A stretch of 64,000 nt of DNA from Candidatus Latescibacterota bacterium (GTDB lineage: Bacteria; Latescibacterota; UBA2968; GCA-2709665). A model generated the notes under the pieces. The model made no database searches. It had not been told where the DNA came from and saw only the letters and a program-made list of their open reading frames with translations. Shown in pieces: positions 1-9,731 of the stretch (the stretch's first letter is position 1; the number at the start of each line of letters is the position of its first letter). The DNA is taken from NCBI GenBank assembly GCA_965116875.1, contig OZ220733.1, positions 3,392,001 to 3,456,000 on the forward strand. Reading direction: 5' to 3'. The position numbers and the translations under genes were made by a program.

Positions 1-791
1 GCCAGCGCATCTGCGTTCTTGAAGCGCGCCACATCCTGCAGTTCCAGGAGGATCTCCATGGCAGACAAGCATCCCACGCCCGGGATCGACGTCAGGATCG
101 CCACCCGATCCCGATACGTGTCTGTTTGCGCAAGCTCCCACAGCATTTTCGTCTGGCGCCCCACCAGTTCACACAGATCATCGTATTGTTCCAGCATGTT
201 CTCGAAGCTTTCCTGCGCACACGGCTCCCCCAGGTCCACACCACGCAGTGCGGTCACGAACTTGTCAGACCACGTCCCTCTGGATTCTTCGTGCACATAC
301 AAACCCATATACCGCAGTTCGGCCTTGATCCGTAGTTGTACACGCACCCGATCCTTGATGAACTGCCGGCGGCGACGACTCACTTGGCGGTGGCACCGCT
401 CTTCATGCGTCGGCACATAGATCGATGCCAGCAGGTCCGTCCTCAGATAATCCGCCAGCTTGAAGCTGTCGATGGGATCCGTCTTGACCCGATTCCCACT
501 CTGGCTCGGGATCAGGCTCGGCGGCGTCACCGAAGCAGACACACCCATATCGACAAGAAAATCATATAACCAGAAACCGAAATAACCGGCTTCATACACC
601 GCAAAGATCTCTTTCGCTTCGCCATAACGACTCAACACCTTATCGATCGCCTCTGCTGTGCCTGCGATGCGATTGGAGAACAGTCGCAACCCATCCTCGT
701 TGAGAATCGTCACGTGCCACTGCTTGAGATGCATGTCGATGCCCACGAAAAGATCCTTGCCATCCCACGCTTCAACGGTATACCTTGCCAT
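1..791 (-). CDS. IS110 transposase/recombinase, 5' part (runs off window)
   Basis: Same reading frame as 23870-24940; ATG at 791 behind AAGGAGG. Confidence 0.9.
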   Translation of the reverse strand, partial: MARYTVEAWDGKDLFVGIDMHLKQWHVTILNEDGLRLFSNRIAGTAEAIDKVLSRYGEAKEIFAVYEAGYFGFWLYDFLVDMGVSASVTPPSLIPSQSGNRVKTDPIDSFKLADYLRTDLLASIYVPTHEERCHRQVSRRRRQFIKDRVRVQLRIKAELRYMGLYVHEESRGTWSDKFVTALRGVDLGEPCAQESFENMLEQYDDLCELVGRQTKMLWELAQTDTYRDRVAILTSIPGVGCLSAMEILLELQDVARFKNADAL

Positions 792-878
792 CACGAGCCT
801 CCTTGTGAAAGTGTTTGTTACGGGCAAAGGCAAAGTATACTCTCACAAGCTGAGGCTCAACTCATTTTAACATAGTGA
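1..878 (-). mobile_element. IS110-family (IS1111-type) element copy 1, truncated by window start
   Basis: 1-880 matches 24150-25029 except at about 5 positions; subterminal IR TTTTAACATAGT at 865-876, then GA and CT core at 879-880. Confidence 0.93.
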
Positions 879-984
879 CTTCCCTCTGCCGTCTCCCCGC
901 ATTTCGGCGACCTCTCTCCCCGGCCCGTCGCAAAGCCATCAGCGGTCAGCCGTCAGCTAAAGACGAAAAGCAAAAGCAACCGCG

Positions 985-1180
985 CCCCACCTCCCCGCAG
1001 ACCTCTCTCCCCGGCCCTCTCTCCCACCGGGAGAGAGGGAGGATAAACAGGTTTCGCGTGCCGGTCATTGATAGACACTCTGATTGAAAGGAAATTGCCA
1101 CCCGGCACATTTGTATGCCCAGGACATCAACCCATCGCCGTTCCCCCTTCCTGCAGGAAGGGGGTTAGGGGGTAGGTCTC
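985..1180. repeat. Intergenic REP-like palindromes (CCCTCTCTCCCACCGGGAGAGAGGG at ~1015-1040; CCCCTTCCTGCAGGAAGGGG at ~1144-1163 with GGGTTAGGGG tail)
   Basis: Two GC-rich hairpins in opposite orientation, seen directly. Confidence 0.55.
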
Positions 1181-1483
1181 GCGCCATAGTCGTTTTTCCA
1201 TTCCAGCGACCGGGGGTATGGGGGTTCTTCCGCGCATAAGAAAAAGGACGACGAAGAAAAGTGAGTATTGATTTGTAGCGATTGCTTGTCATATCGACTT
1301 TATTTATATATATTTTATCCTGTATTTCATCATAATCGACAAGATATCTTTACGTCATTCCGTCAATAGAACCTGTCGAGACATGATCCACCAATATCAG
1401 GATGCCCCCGCTCCCGGGAATGCCAACCACACCCGCCCCAGGTCGGTTTCTGTCCGGGACAGCATTTTCTGCAAAAGGAGAAC

Positions 1484-1825
1484 GTGAATGTGATTCTGAT
1501 CAAACTCGAAGACATGATGTGGCGGCGGAGAATCCGCAGCATCTCCCGGCTTGCGCGTCTTGCGGGGCTGTCTCGGCAGACGGTGGATGCACTGTACAAT
1601 CGGCCGAACCGGGTGAAGGGGTTTCGGCTGGAGACGCTGGAAGGGCTCTGCCGCGCGTTGGATTGCCGGATCGAAGACCTGATCGAATACGTGCCTGAAA
1701 CGCATCCGGAGGCGCCGCCTCGGATCGGGGAGGCAGGCGAGGGGGATCCCGATTCAGATCTCGCCGGTGTTGTCGGTGCGGGGTCGACGCCCGAAGTCGC
1801 GCAGCCTGTGCCTCCATCTCAATGA
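1484..1825 (+). CDS. XRE/Cro-C1 helix-turn-helix regulator (HTH_26-like)
   Basis: SISRLARLAGLSRQTVDALY...LETLEGLCRALDCRIEDLIEY; AAGGAG before GTG. Confidence 0.85.
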   Translation: MNVILIKLEDMMWRRRIRSISRLARLAGLSRQTVDALYNRPNRVKGFRLETLEGLCRALDCRIEDLIEYVPETHPEAPPRIGEAGEGDPDSDLAGVVGAGSTPEVAQPVPPSQ

Positions 1826-1966
1826 AGGTACGGGGGTCCCAATACAGTAAAAGGCGCCCCCTGCATTGAGCTCAATGCAAGCAGCACAAGCAGGACAACG
1901 GCTCAGGGAGCGGCTCAGGTCGCGGGTGCAGGGCGTTTGAAATCTTGAACGGTCGGAGGTGAAGTT

Positions 1967-3523
1967 GTGCTTCAGGTGCATGATCTACGGGTTGCCTACG
2001 GAGCTGTACCCATTCTGGACGGCATTTCGTTCAGCCTGCACGGCGGCGAGGCGGTCGCGCTCGTGGGTGCGAACGGATGCGGCAAGACCACGTTGGTGAA
2101 ATGCCTTATCGGGGAAATCACGGACTTCGAGGGCGAAGTCGCGGTTGACAGGTCCGTCACACCCGTCTGCGTACCCCAGGAAAGCCCGGTTGACCTGGAC
2201 GGGTCGGCGATGGAGCGCGCGCTCTCGTTCGACGCTGAGTTGGCTCGGCTCTACAAAGGCATCCGGAACGGGCGGCACGAGTTCTATCAGGACTACTACG
2301 AGTCGGGCGGGTTCGCGCGGGAAGACAGGATTCGAGCTTATGCCGCGAATTTCGGAGTGGAAACGGAACAGGGGTACAGGAGCATGTCCCGCGGGCAGCA
2401 GAGAAAGGTGGACCTGGCGGGCGTGCTGGCGCAGGATGCGGATCTGATGCTGTTCGACGAACCGCTCAACTATCTGGACATCAGGGGGATCACGGCGTTC
2501 GAGGAGGCCATCGGTCTCGCAAAACGCCGTGGGAGTGCCGTTTTGATCGTGAGTCACGACCGGGAGCTGATCGACAACGTCGCGGATCGTACGATTTACC
2601 TGGAGCGGGGGAGCATGTTCTCGGTCCGGGGCGGCTATTCCAACGCGCTGGAGCACAGGGCGCAGGATTTCCACGGACGGAAGGAACGAGCCAGGGCGCT
2701 GAGGAAGAAGATCTCCAGCCTGCAGGAGGCCATGCGCCGGCGTATGGCATGGGGGGCGAGCCGGGAGAACGAGACGAAGGATTCGTCAAGCCGTCGTCTG
2801 GCCGCAAAGGTGACGAAGGGCGGGAAGGTGATGGAGCGGCGTCTGGAACGGCACAGGGCCGCATTGGACGAGGAGAAACCCTGGATCGAAAAGAAAATCA
2901 GGTTGAATTTCCCGCCCTATGACGTGGACCGGCGGCTCGTGGCGAGGATGGAGTCGGCAGGCAGGCGGATGGGCGGCAACCCGGTCCTCGAGGCCCTGGA
3001 CCTCGTTGTGGAGACCGGGGACCGGATTGCGCTGATGGGTCCGAACGGGGCCGGAAAGACCACGCTCCTGAACGTGATGACGGGGAAGCTGCCGCCCGAC
3101 TCGGGCGCAGTCTACTTCAATTCACATGCGCGGGTGGGGTATCTGACGCAGGGCCTGGACGGGTTTTACGACCGGGAGATCTTTCTGGAAAATTTCATCG
3201 GTGACGATCACGTGGAAAGCGAGGTGCGCCAGTACCTCGGCGCAGCCAGACTGAAGGCCGACAAGGTGGTCCGGCCGGTACGTACGCTGAGTTACGGCGA
3301 GCGGATGCGCGGCGCCATCGTGAAGATGATTCTGAAACGGATGGAGTTTCTGGTCCTGGACGAGCCCACGACGCACCTGGACATCGAGTCCGTGGAGGTG
3401 CTGGAGGGTCTGCTGGAGACGTTTCCCGGCGGATTCCTCGTCGTCAGCCATGACCGGCGACTGATTTCCAGCGTAGCGGATGAGGTATTTGTCCTGGCGG
3501 ATGGGCGGCTGGAAAGGTTGTAG
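1967..3523 (+). CDS. ABC-F family ATPase (ribosome-associated, possibly ARE-like)
   Basis: Two ABC domains (GANGCGKT/DEP, GPNGAGKT/LSYGE/DEPTTHLD), charged linker, no TM segments; GGAGGTG RBS. Confidence 0.9.
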   Translation: MLQVHDLRVAYGAVPILDGISFSLHGGEAVALVGANGCGKTTLVKCLIGEITDFEGEVAVDRSVTPVCVPQESPVDLDGSAMERALSFDAELARLYKGIRNGRHEFYQDYYESGGFAREDRIRAYAANFGVETEQGYRSMSRGQQRKVDLAGVLAQDADLMLFDEPLNYLDIRGITAFEEAIGLAKRRGSAVLIVSHDRELIDNVADRTIYLERGSMFSVRGGYSNALEHRAQDFHGRKERARALRKKISSLQEAMRRRMAWGASRENETKDSSSRRLAAKVTKGGKVMERRLERHRAALDEEKPWIEKKIRLNFPPYDVDRRLVARMESAGRRMGGNPVLEALDLVVETGDRIALMGPNGAGKTTLLNVMTGKLPPDSGAVYFNSHARVGYLTQGLDGFYDREIFLENFIGDDHVESEVRQYLGAARLKADKVVRPVRTLSYGERMRGAIVKMILKRMEFLVLDEPTTHLDIESVEVLEGLLETFPGGFLVVSHDRRLISSVADEVFVLADGRLERL

Positions 3524-3533
3524 CGGATGACAC

Positions 3534-4679
3534 CTATTGAGGGTCGATATTCCAGAGATAGATGGGTTTGCCCGTATTGTCAATATAACCGCAATTCCGG
3601 TCTCCCATAACCGGCGCAACGCCGTTGTTGAACGGCCAGCAGGTGTTGAATTGGGGTTCGGCAATGGTGTCGCCCGATTGATTGATGTATCCCCATTTAC
3701 CCTCTACCCTGACCGCGGCGATACCTTCGGAGAAGTGCTCGACCTGTTCGTAACGAGGCGGCACCGCAAACGCCCCGGATCTGTCGATAAAACCGAATCG
3801 TTCCCCGATTCGTGCGCCCGCGAGCCCTTCACTGAAGGGGTGGGCTTCGTCGAATTTCAGGGGGATGACGAACTTCCCGGTTTCGTCGATATATCCCTGT
3901 TTGTCGCCTATGCCCACGCGTCCAAGGCCCTCGACAAAGCCCAGGGCTCTCTCGAATTGGGGCGGGATGATCATTTCCCCGTTTTTGTCGATGTACCCGA
4001 ACTTCCCGTCCTTCTTCGCGGCGTACGGCGCAGTGAATTCAAAGGGTGTGTGAGGCACGGCGGGTTCTCCTTTTTGCGGTTGTTTCGATGTTGGAGATGG
4101 AATGGCTGCCGGCGATATGGCATCTTCGTCGGGCGTGAACTGGAAATCGGCGAAGGTCCGTTCGAGTTGAGTACGTACCTTGCGTTTGGCTCTGAGTATG
4201 CGCATCGTAAGGGCCTTGTAAGAAAGGCCGTGGATTTTTTGCAGGTCCGCATACGGGATCTCGTCCAGATAGTGGGATTTGAGCAGGTCGCGTTCCAGTG
4301 CGGGCAGTCTGTCAATTGCGGAAATGGCTCTACCAACCGTCTCGTCTCGAATCAGCCGTGCTTCGGCGGACTGTTCGTTGGCGGGTTCCTCAGGGGTGAG
4401 GGGCCGTGAACCGGGTTGTCTGAGGCGTAGCCGGTTCCGGCATTCGTTACGGGCAATTTGACGAAGCCACGCCTCGAAACGCTCGGGCTGTCTCAGTGAA
4501 GCCAGGTTCTGATACGCCTTGAGAAAGACGTCCTGAACGACTTCCCGGGCATCTTCGGGATTTCTCATCCAACGGAGCGATTGGGAGTAAACGGACGCCT
4601 GGTGCTTGCGAATGAGTTGCTCGAGCGCTCGCGAATCACCCGTCAGAATCTGTTGGATCAGGTGCGCGTCATTGTTCAT
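3534..4679 (-). CDS. ECF sigma-70 factor fused to C-terminal WG (KWG) repeats
   Basis: DAREVVQDVFLKAY...FEAWLRQIARN (region 2), region 4 HTH, then repeated K(F/W)GYID..G..I.PQF motifs. Confidence 0.88.
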   Translation of the reverse strand: MNNDAHLIQQILTGDSRALEQLIRKHQASVYSQSLRWMRNPEDAREVVQDVFLKAYQNLASLRQPERFEAWLRQIARNECRNRLRLRQPGSRPLTPEEPANEQSAEARLIRDETVGRAISAIDRLPALERDLLKSHYLDEIPYADLQKIHGLSYKALTMRILRAKRKVRTQLERTFADFQFTPDEDAISPAAIPSPTSKQPQKGEPAVPHTPFEFTAPYAAKKDGKFGYIDKNGEMIIPPQFERALGFVEGLGRVGIGDKQGYIDETGKFVIPLKFDEAHPFSEGLAGARIGERFGFIDRSGAFAVPPRYEQVEHFSEGIAAVRVEGKWGYINQSGDTIAEPQFNTCWPFNNGVAPVMGDRNCGYIDNTGKPIYLWNIDPQ

Positions 4680-4846
4680 AATAATGCCTCTTTATAGAGT
4701 TAGACACTCGAACGAGGTATTTTCTTCATGCAATATGCCTGAAATATAACGAAACGCCGGTTGAATCTTCGTGCCATGCAGGTGGATCCCCGACCGATTC
4801 AGAAAAAACCGACCGGGGGGCGATCGGAATACCATAACAGGATGCA

Positions 4847-5863
4847 ATGAAAGTCATCTATTCACCGGGCCACGGACGCCATGCGCCGCGCGATCAGTTC
4901 ATCGGCGGCGGGCTGAGACCGAATCCGGAAATCCCGGCGCGGGCCGAGGCGATTCTGCGCGCGATTCAGGGCACGTACGAAGTGCTGCCGCCGCGGACGT
5001 TCACAATGGATGCCATCCGGGCCGTCCACGACGCGGGCTATCTGCGCTTCCTGGAGCACGTCCACGCGGCGTGGGTGGATCGGGGTGGAGGCGGCGAGAC
5101 CGGCCTGATCCCCGACACGTTCGCGTCGCGCGCGTCGTCCCGCAGGCCCCGCGACCTCGTGCACCAGGCGGGGTACTATTGCTTCGAGACGCAGACGCCG
5201 ATACTGGAGCACACCTTCGCGGCGGCGCGCGAGGCCGCGTACTGCGCGCTGACCGGCGCGGCGATGCTGCTGGAGGGCGAGACTTCGGTCTACGCGCTCT
5301 GCCGTCCTCCCGGGCATCACGCGGCGGGCGACCTCTACGGCGGCTACTGCTACCTGAACCATGCCGCGGCCGCGGCGAAACATCTCAGCGAATGCGGGCG
5401 CGTGGCCGTGCTGGACGTGGACTATCACCACGGGAACGGGACGCAGTCGATCTTCTACGGCTCGGACGCGGTTCTGTTCGCATCCATCCACGCGCATCCG
5501 GACTTCGAGTATCCCTGGTTCAGCGGACACGCGGATGAGACCGGTACGGGCGCCGGGCTCGGGCTGAACGTGAATCTGCCCCTTTCCTCCGGCACGGGTG
5601 AAACGAGGTATCTGGAGACGCTGGACCGGGCCCTGAACGACGTGGAACGGTTCGCGCCCGCCTTCCTGGTGGTTTCGCTGGGCGTGGACGCGTGCCGGAA
5701 AGACCCGCTGGGCAAGTTCGACTTGCCGGTCGCCGCATTCGAGACCATTGGACGAAGGCTCGCCAGGGCGGAACTTCCAACGCTGCTGGTGCAGGAGGGC
5801 GGTTACGACCTGGACAGCGTTGGCGCGTGTGTGCAGAATGTGCTTGATGCGTTTGGGCGTTAG
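4847..5863 (+). CDS. Histone deacetylase-family / acetylpolyamine amidohydrolase
   Basis: RPPGHHA, GGYCYLN, DVDYHHGNGTQ, QEGGY. Confidence 0.92.
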   Translation: MKVIYSPGHGRHAPRDQFIGGGLRPNPEIPARAEAILRAIQGTYEVLPPRTFTMDAIRAVHDAGYLRFLEHVHAAWVDRGGGGETGLIPDTFASRASSRRPRDLVHQAGYYCFETQTPILEHTFAAAREAAYCALTGAAMLLEGETSVYALCRPPGHHAAGDLYGGYCYLNHAAAAAKHLSECGRVAVLDVDYHHGNGTQSIFYGSDAVLFASIHAHPDFEYPWFSGHADETGTGAGLGLNVNLPLSSGTGETRYLETLDRALNDVERFAPAFLVVSLGVDACRKDPLGKFDLPVAAFETIGRRLARAELPTLLVQEGGYDLDSVGACVQNVLDAFGR

Positions 5864-5950
5864 GCGTTAATTGTCCGTCCTGACAATTGCGACGGGAACG
5901 CGCGATTTCGGCGCTGTCGCATCGTTGATATCCACGGCCGCCGGCGAAAG

Positions 5951-6706
5951 GTGGAAGACATGATTCTCGCTGAAATGACGTCCCCCGAGATCGACGCATT
6001 GCCGCGGGATATCGTGGTACTGATACCCGTGGCTTCGTGCGAGCAGCACAGCCTGCACCTGCCCGTGTTTACGGACAGTCTGATCGGCGGCGAAGTGGCC
6101 AGGCGGGTGCACGAGCGCTGCCCGGACGACGTACTCGTGCTGCCGGTGCAGTGGCTGGGATACTCCCGGCATCACATCCGCTATCCCGGAACGGTCAGCG
6201 CCGTTTCCGAAACGCATCTGCTCCTGATGATGGACATCGTAGCGTCGATGGTGGGGCACGGGTTCCGGAAGATCCTGATTCAGAACAGCCACGGCGGCAA
6301 CGGCGCGAATGTCTCCGTACTGCTGCAGCGGTTGATGGACCGGTACCCCGACGACGGGTTGGAGTTCTACTCGCGCTGGGCGTGGGCCTCCGGCGAAGAG
6401 CTGGACAAAATACGCCAACTGGGATCGGGAGGGTCCGGGCACGCCGGCGAAACGGAGACGTCCATGATCCTTGCGCTCCGTCCCGATCTCGTGCGCACCG
6501 ACCGGCTGGACGCCGACGGCGAGCGTGACGGCATGCGGGTGCCGGGGGTGACGTCCTACTACCGTTTCGATCAGCGCACGCGGCACGGCGGCGTTGGCGA
6601 CCCCACGGCGGCAAACGCGGAGGCCGGCGAGAGGATGCTGGACGCTTCCGCGGATGAGGTGGCCGAACACGTGAAGCAGATCCGGGACCTGAAGCCGTTC
6701 GCCTGA
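5951..6706 (+). CDS. Creatininase-family amidohydrolase
   Basis: EQHSLHLP.FTD, NSHGGN, HAGETETS. Confidence 0.9.
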   Translation: MEDMILAEMTSPEIDALPRDIVVLIPVASCEQHSLHLPVFTDSLIGGEVARRVHERCPDDVLVLPVQWLGYSRHHIRYPGTVSAVSETHLLLMMDIVASMVGHGFRKILIQNSHGGNGANVSVLLQRLMDRYPDDGLEFYSRWAWASGEELDKIRQLGSGGSGHAGETETSMILALRPDLVRTDRLDADGERDGMRVPGVTSYYRFDQRTRHGGVGDPTAANAEAGERMLDASADEVAEHVKQIRDLKPFA

Positions 6707-6812
6707 ATGGCTGAATTGGCGCCGGGCCTTGTTTGAAACGGCCGCCCACGCCATTGTCCGATGCGAACGACAGTCAGACACGAAACGTCGAAGGAACTAC
6801 GGAGGTTTTCGC

Positions 6813-7604
6813 ATGCGCAGAAACAAACTGAGTGAGCTGTTGAAGGCGGACAAGCCGAGCATTGGGACCCACGTGCACAGCCCATGGCCGACCGTAATGG
6901 AGCTCGTGGGGCTTACCGGAATGTACGACTACGTGGAATACGTGTCGGAATACGCGCCGTACGACCTGCATACGTTCGAGAACCTCGCCAGGGCGATCGA
7001 ACTCAACGATATGTCGTCCATGATCAAAGTGGAGCAGGAACCCAGATCCCACCTGGCTTCGCGCGCGATCGGCGCGGGCATACAGAATGTGCTTTTCGCC
7101 GACGTGCGGAACGTCTCAGACGCCCGCGAGTGCGTGACTGCAGTGCGCGCCGAAACGCCGAAGACGGGCGGACAGCACGGGGCGAGCATGCGACGCAACA
7201 TGGGGTTCGGGATGGCGGGCGGCCTGCCGGAGTTCGTGGATGCCATGGAAGACGTGGTCATCGCCATTATGATTGAAAAAGCGCCGGCGGTGGAGAATCT
7301 GGAGGCGATCCTGGCCGTGGGCGGCCTGGATATGGTACAGTTCGGCCCGGGAGACTTTTCGATGAGTATCGGCCATCCGGGTGAATACGGAAACGAGAGG
7401 GTCAGGGAGGCGGAGAAATTCGTCATCGAGACGTCATTGAAAATGGGCGTTGCGCCGCGGGCGGAGATCAACGCGCCGGACCAGGCGAAGCGCTATCTGG
7501 ATATGGGCGTGAAACACTTCTGCATCGGTACGGACGTCAGTATTTTGATGGACTGGTTCCGCACAAATGGTGAGGAAATGCGGCGGGTGCTGGACGGCGC
7601 GTAA
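6813..7604 (+). CDS. HpcH/HpaI-family aldolase
   Basis: IMIEK.PAVENLEAIL..GGLDMVQFGPGDFSMS; GGAGG before ATG 6813. Confidence 0.85.
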   Translation: MRRNKLSELLKADKPSIGTHVHSPWPTVMELVGLTGMYDYVEYVSEYAPYDLHTFENLARAIELNDMSSMIKVEQEPRSHLASRAIGAGIQNVLFADVRNVSDARECVTAVRAETPKTGGQHGASMRRNMGFGMAGGLPEFVDAMEDVVIAIMIEKAPAVENLEAILAVGGLDMVQFGPGDFSMSIGHPGEYGNERVREAEKFVIETSLKMGVAPRAEINAPDQAKRYLDMGVKHFCIGTDVSILMDWFRTNGEEMRRVLDGA

Positions 7605-7697
7605 TGGTGGATACGGTTCGCGGGCGATACACCAGGCAGTACCCATTCAACAGGTCTGCAGCCGGTGCGTTGCGGGCCGGAGGGAGGCGAGATACTG

Positions 7698-8753
7698 ATG
7701 GCAACGGAATCAACCGATAACGGCCGGTCGGACCCTCACGGTCTCTGGGACAAGGACAGCCCCCGCATGCACGTGGGTACGCAGCGGTTCGACACAACGG
7801 ACGAGCACCTGGCGTTTCTCGCGCGCCACGGCGTGAACAATATGGCCGCAAACGACATCACCTTCCACCGCGACCGGGGCTGGGATGCGGAGGAGCTTGC
7901 GGCAAAGCGCGAAAAGTGCGCTTCCTACGGCGTGGACCTGGAGATGGTGGCGCTGCCTCTTCATCAGTTCAACGAAGACGGTGGATCGGTGCCCAACTAC
8001 ATGCTGGGGAATTGGAAGAAGGGAGAGAAGGAGATCGATCGCGTATGCAGGATGGTGCGGGCGACTTCCGAAGCAGGGATTCCCGCCATCAAGTATTTCC
8101 TGTGCGAAATGGAGAACCAGCGAACGGAAAGCGTTCCTCCCGGCCGCGGGGGCGTCCGGTATTCCACCTGGGATCTCTCGAAGGCAGACGCCGATACGCC
8201 GCGGTACGACAAACCCGTGACCGCCGAAGAGAACTGGGAACGTGTCACGTTTTTCCTGGAGCGCGTAATTCCCGTTGCGGAGGAGTGCAAGGTCCGTATG
8301 GCCTGCCATCCCTGCGACCCGTGGTTGCCGCCGGGATACAAAGGCGTGGACCGGGTCCTGGGCGGGGCCGAGGGTTTCAAGCGGTTTATCGAAATCTGTC
8401 CCAGTCCGTATCACGGCCTGAATCTCTGCCTGGGCTGCATGGCCGAGAGTGTGGAGGATCCCGCCACGGAGGTACCGGACATCATCCGCTATTTCGGCGA
8501 ACGGAAGAAGATCCACCTGATCCACTATCGGAATATCTTCGGCGGCCGCAACAGGTTCCAGGAAGTTTGGCCCGACGAGGGCGACATGAACATGTACACG
8601 CTGATGCAGGCGCTGAAAGACGTCGGATATCCGCACATGGTCGTGCCGGACCACGCCCCGGGCCACGGCGCGCCGGGGAGTTTCGAACAGGCGTTCGCCT
8701 TTCAGTTCGGCTATATCAAGGCGATGATGCAGGCCGTGCTCTCCCCGGCGTGA
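7698..8753 (+). CDS. uxuA: Mannonate dehydratase (UxuA family)
   Basis: FLERVIPVAEE..V.MACHP.DP, IHYRNI, PDHAP, AF.FGYIKA. Confidence 0.78.
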   Translation: MATESTDNGRSDPHGLWDKDSPRMHVGTQRFDTTDEHLAFLARHGVNNMAANDITFHRDRGWDAEELAAKREKCASYGVDLEMVALPLHQFNEDGGSVPNYMLGNWKKGEKEIDRVCRMVRATSEAGIPAIKYFLCEMENQRTESVPPGRGGVRYSTWDLSKADADTPRYDKPVTAEENWERVTFFLERVIPVAEECKVRMACHPCDPWLPPGYKGVDRVLGGAEGFKRFIEICPSPYHGLNLCLGCMAESVEDPATEVPDIIRYFGERKKIHLIHYRNIFGGRNRFQEVWPDEGDMNMYTLMQALKDVGYPHMVVPDHAPGHGAPGSFEQAFAFQFGYIKAMMQAVLSPA

Positions 8754-8861
8754 GCGCTCGCGTGTGTTTGCGAATCCAGTTGCGCAGTCCGATACGCCCC
8801 GCGAGCGGGCGCATGAGAGACAATCTTCGACGGCGGAAAAACGCGCGTCTCCGGAGTCGAG

Positions 8862-9203
8862 ATGAAGTTCGATACGAGCCTGTTTGACCAGGCACTCAGG
8901 AAACGAAGAGAGAAGCGAAGCCGCGAGAGAAGGGAATGCCTGGATACGGTTACGGGGACCCTCCACCGTGTCCGGAGTCAATACGACATTCGCGAGGCGT
9001 ACGTAACGGGTTCACTTATCGTCGAGTATCGATGGAATGAGGATTCCGACGTGGACGTGGCCGTCGGCGGTTGTTCAGGATCCGTCCTCGACGTCATGAA
9101 GGCGCTGGAAGATGCCACCGGAAAGGTTGTGGATGTCATCGATCTGGACGCCCATCCAAATCCTGGCGCCGTCAGGGACAGGGGATTGACGGTCTATGGA
9201 TGA
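8862..9203 (+). CDS. Minimal nucleotidyltransferase (MNT) antitoxin
   Basis: GS...SDVDVAV and VDVIDL motifs; overlaps HEPN gene. Confidence 0.85.
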   Translation: MKFDTSLFDQALRKRREKRSRERRECLDTVTGTLHRVRSQYDIREAYVTGSLIVEYRWNEDSDVDVAVGGCSGSVLDVMKALEDATGKVVDVIDLDAHPNPGAVRDRGLTVYG

Positions 9204-9657
9204 AGCCGGGATTGCCATACTGAAGGCTGAAGTCGATTCGCGCCAGCGTGATATCGATGCCATTTACGATCGGATCGAAAACAGACGGGGAACATTCCGT
9301 GAATCGGTCGAAGGCGTCGACAGTATGGCCTATCAGATTCACAACCTCTATTCCGCTTTTGAGCAACTCTTTGAGACGGTTGCGCGTTTTTTCGAAAACC
9401 GCCTTGAGGAGGAGCGGTATCACGTCGACCTCCTGCGCCGAATGCGGCTTGATATCGACGGCGTCAGACCTGCCCTGGTATCCGACGAAGCCTTCGTTCT
9501 GCTGGATGAGTTGCGTCGATTCAGGCATCTGTTCAGGCACGCGTACACAGTCGACATGAAGCCGGAAAACCTTGCGGATCTTCTCTCGAAGGCCGAACGG
9601 TTGAGACCGGTTCACCTCCGGGATGTGGCGGAATTCCTGGGTCGGATAGCGCGATAG
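9196..9657 (+). CDS. HEPN-domain (HepT-like) RNase toxin
   Basis: HNLYSAFEQLF; RX4H motif in FRHLFRHAY; coupled to MNT. Confidence 0.85.
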   Translation: MDEAGIAILKAEVDSRQRDIDAIYDRIENRRGTFRESVEGVDSMAYQIHNLYSAFEQLFETVARFFENRLEEERYHVDLLRRMRLDIDGVRPALVSDEAFVLLDELRRFRHLFRHAYTVDMKPENLADLLSKAERLRPVHLRDVAEFLGRIAR

Positions 9658-9731
9658 GAAGCGTCGTTCGGATGCACGCGCGCGTGGGCGACCGCAGGGT
9701 GCAATTGAGGATATGTCATGTGGAGGACGCG

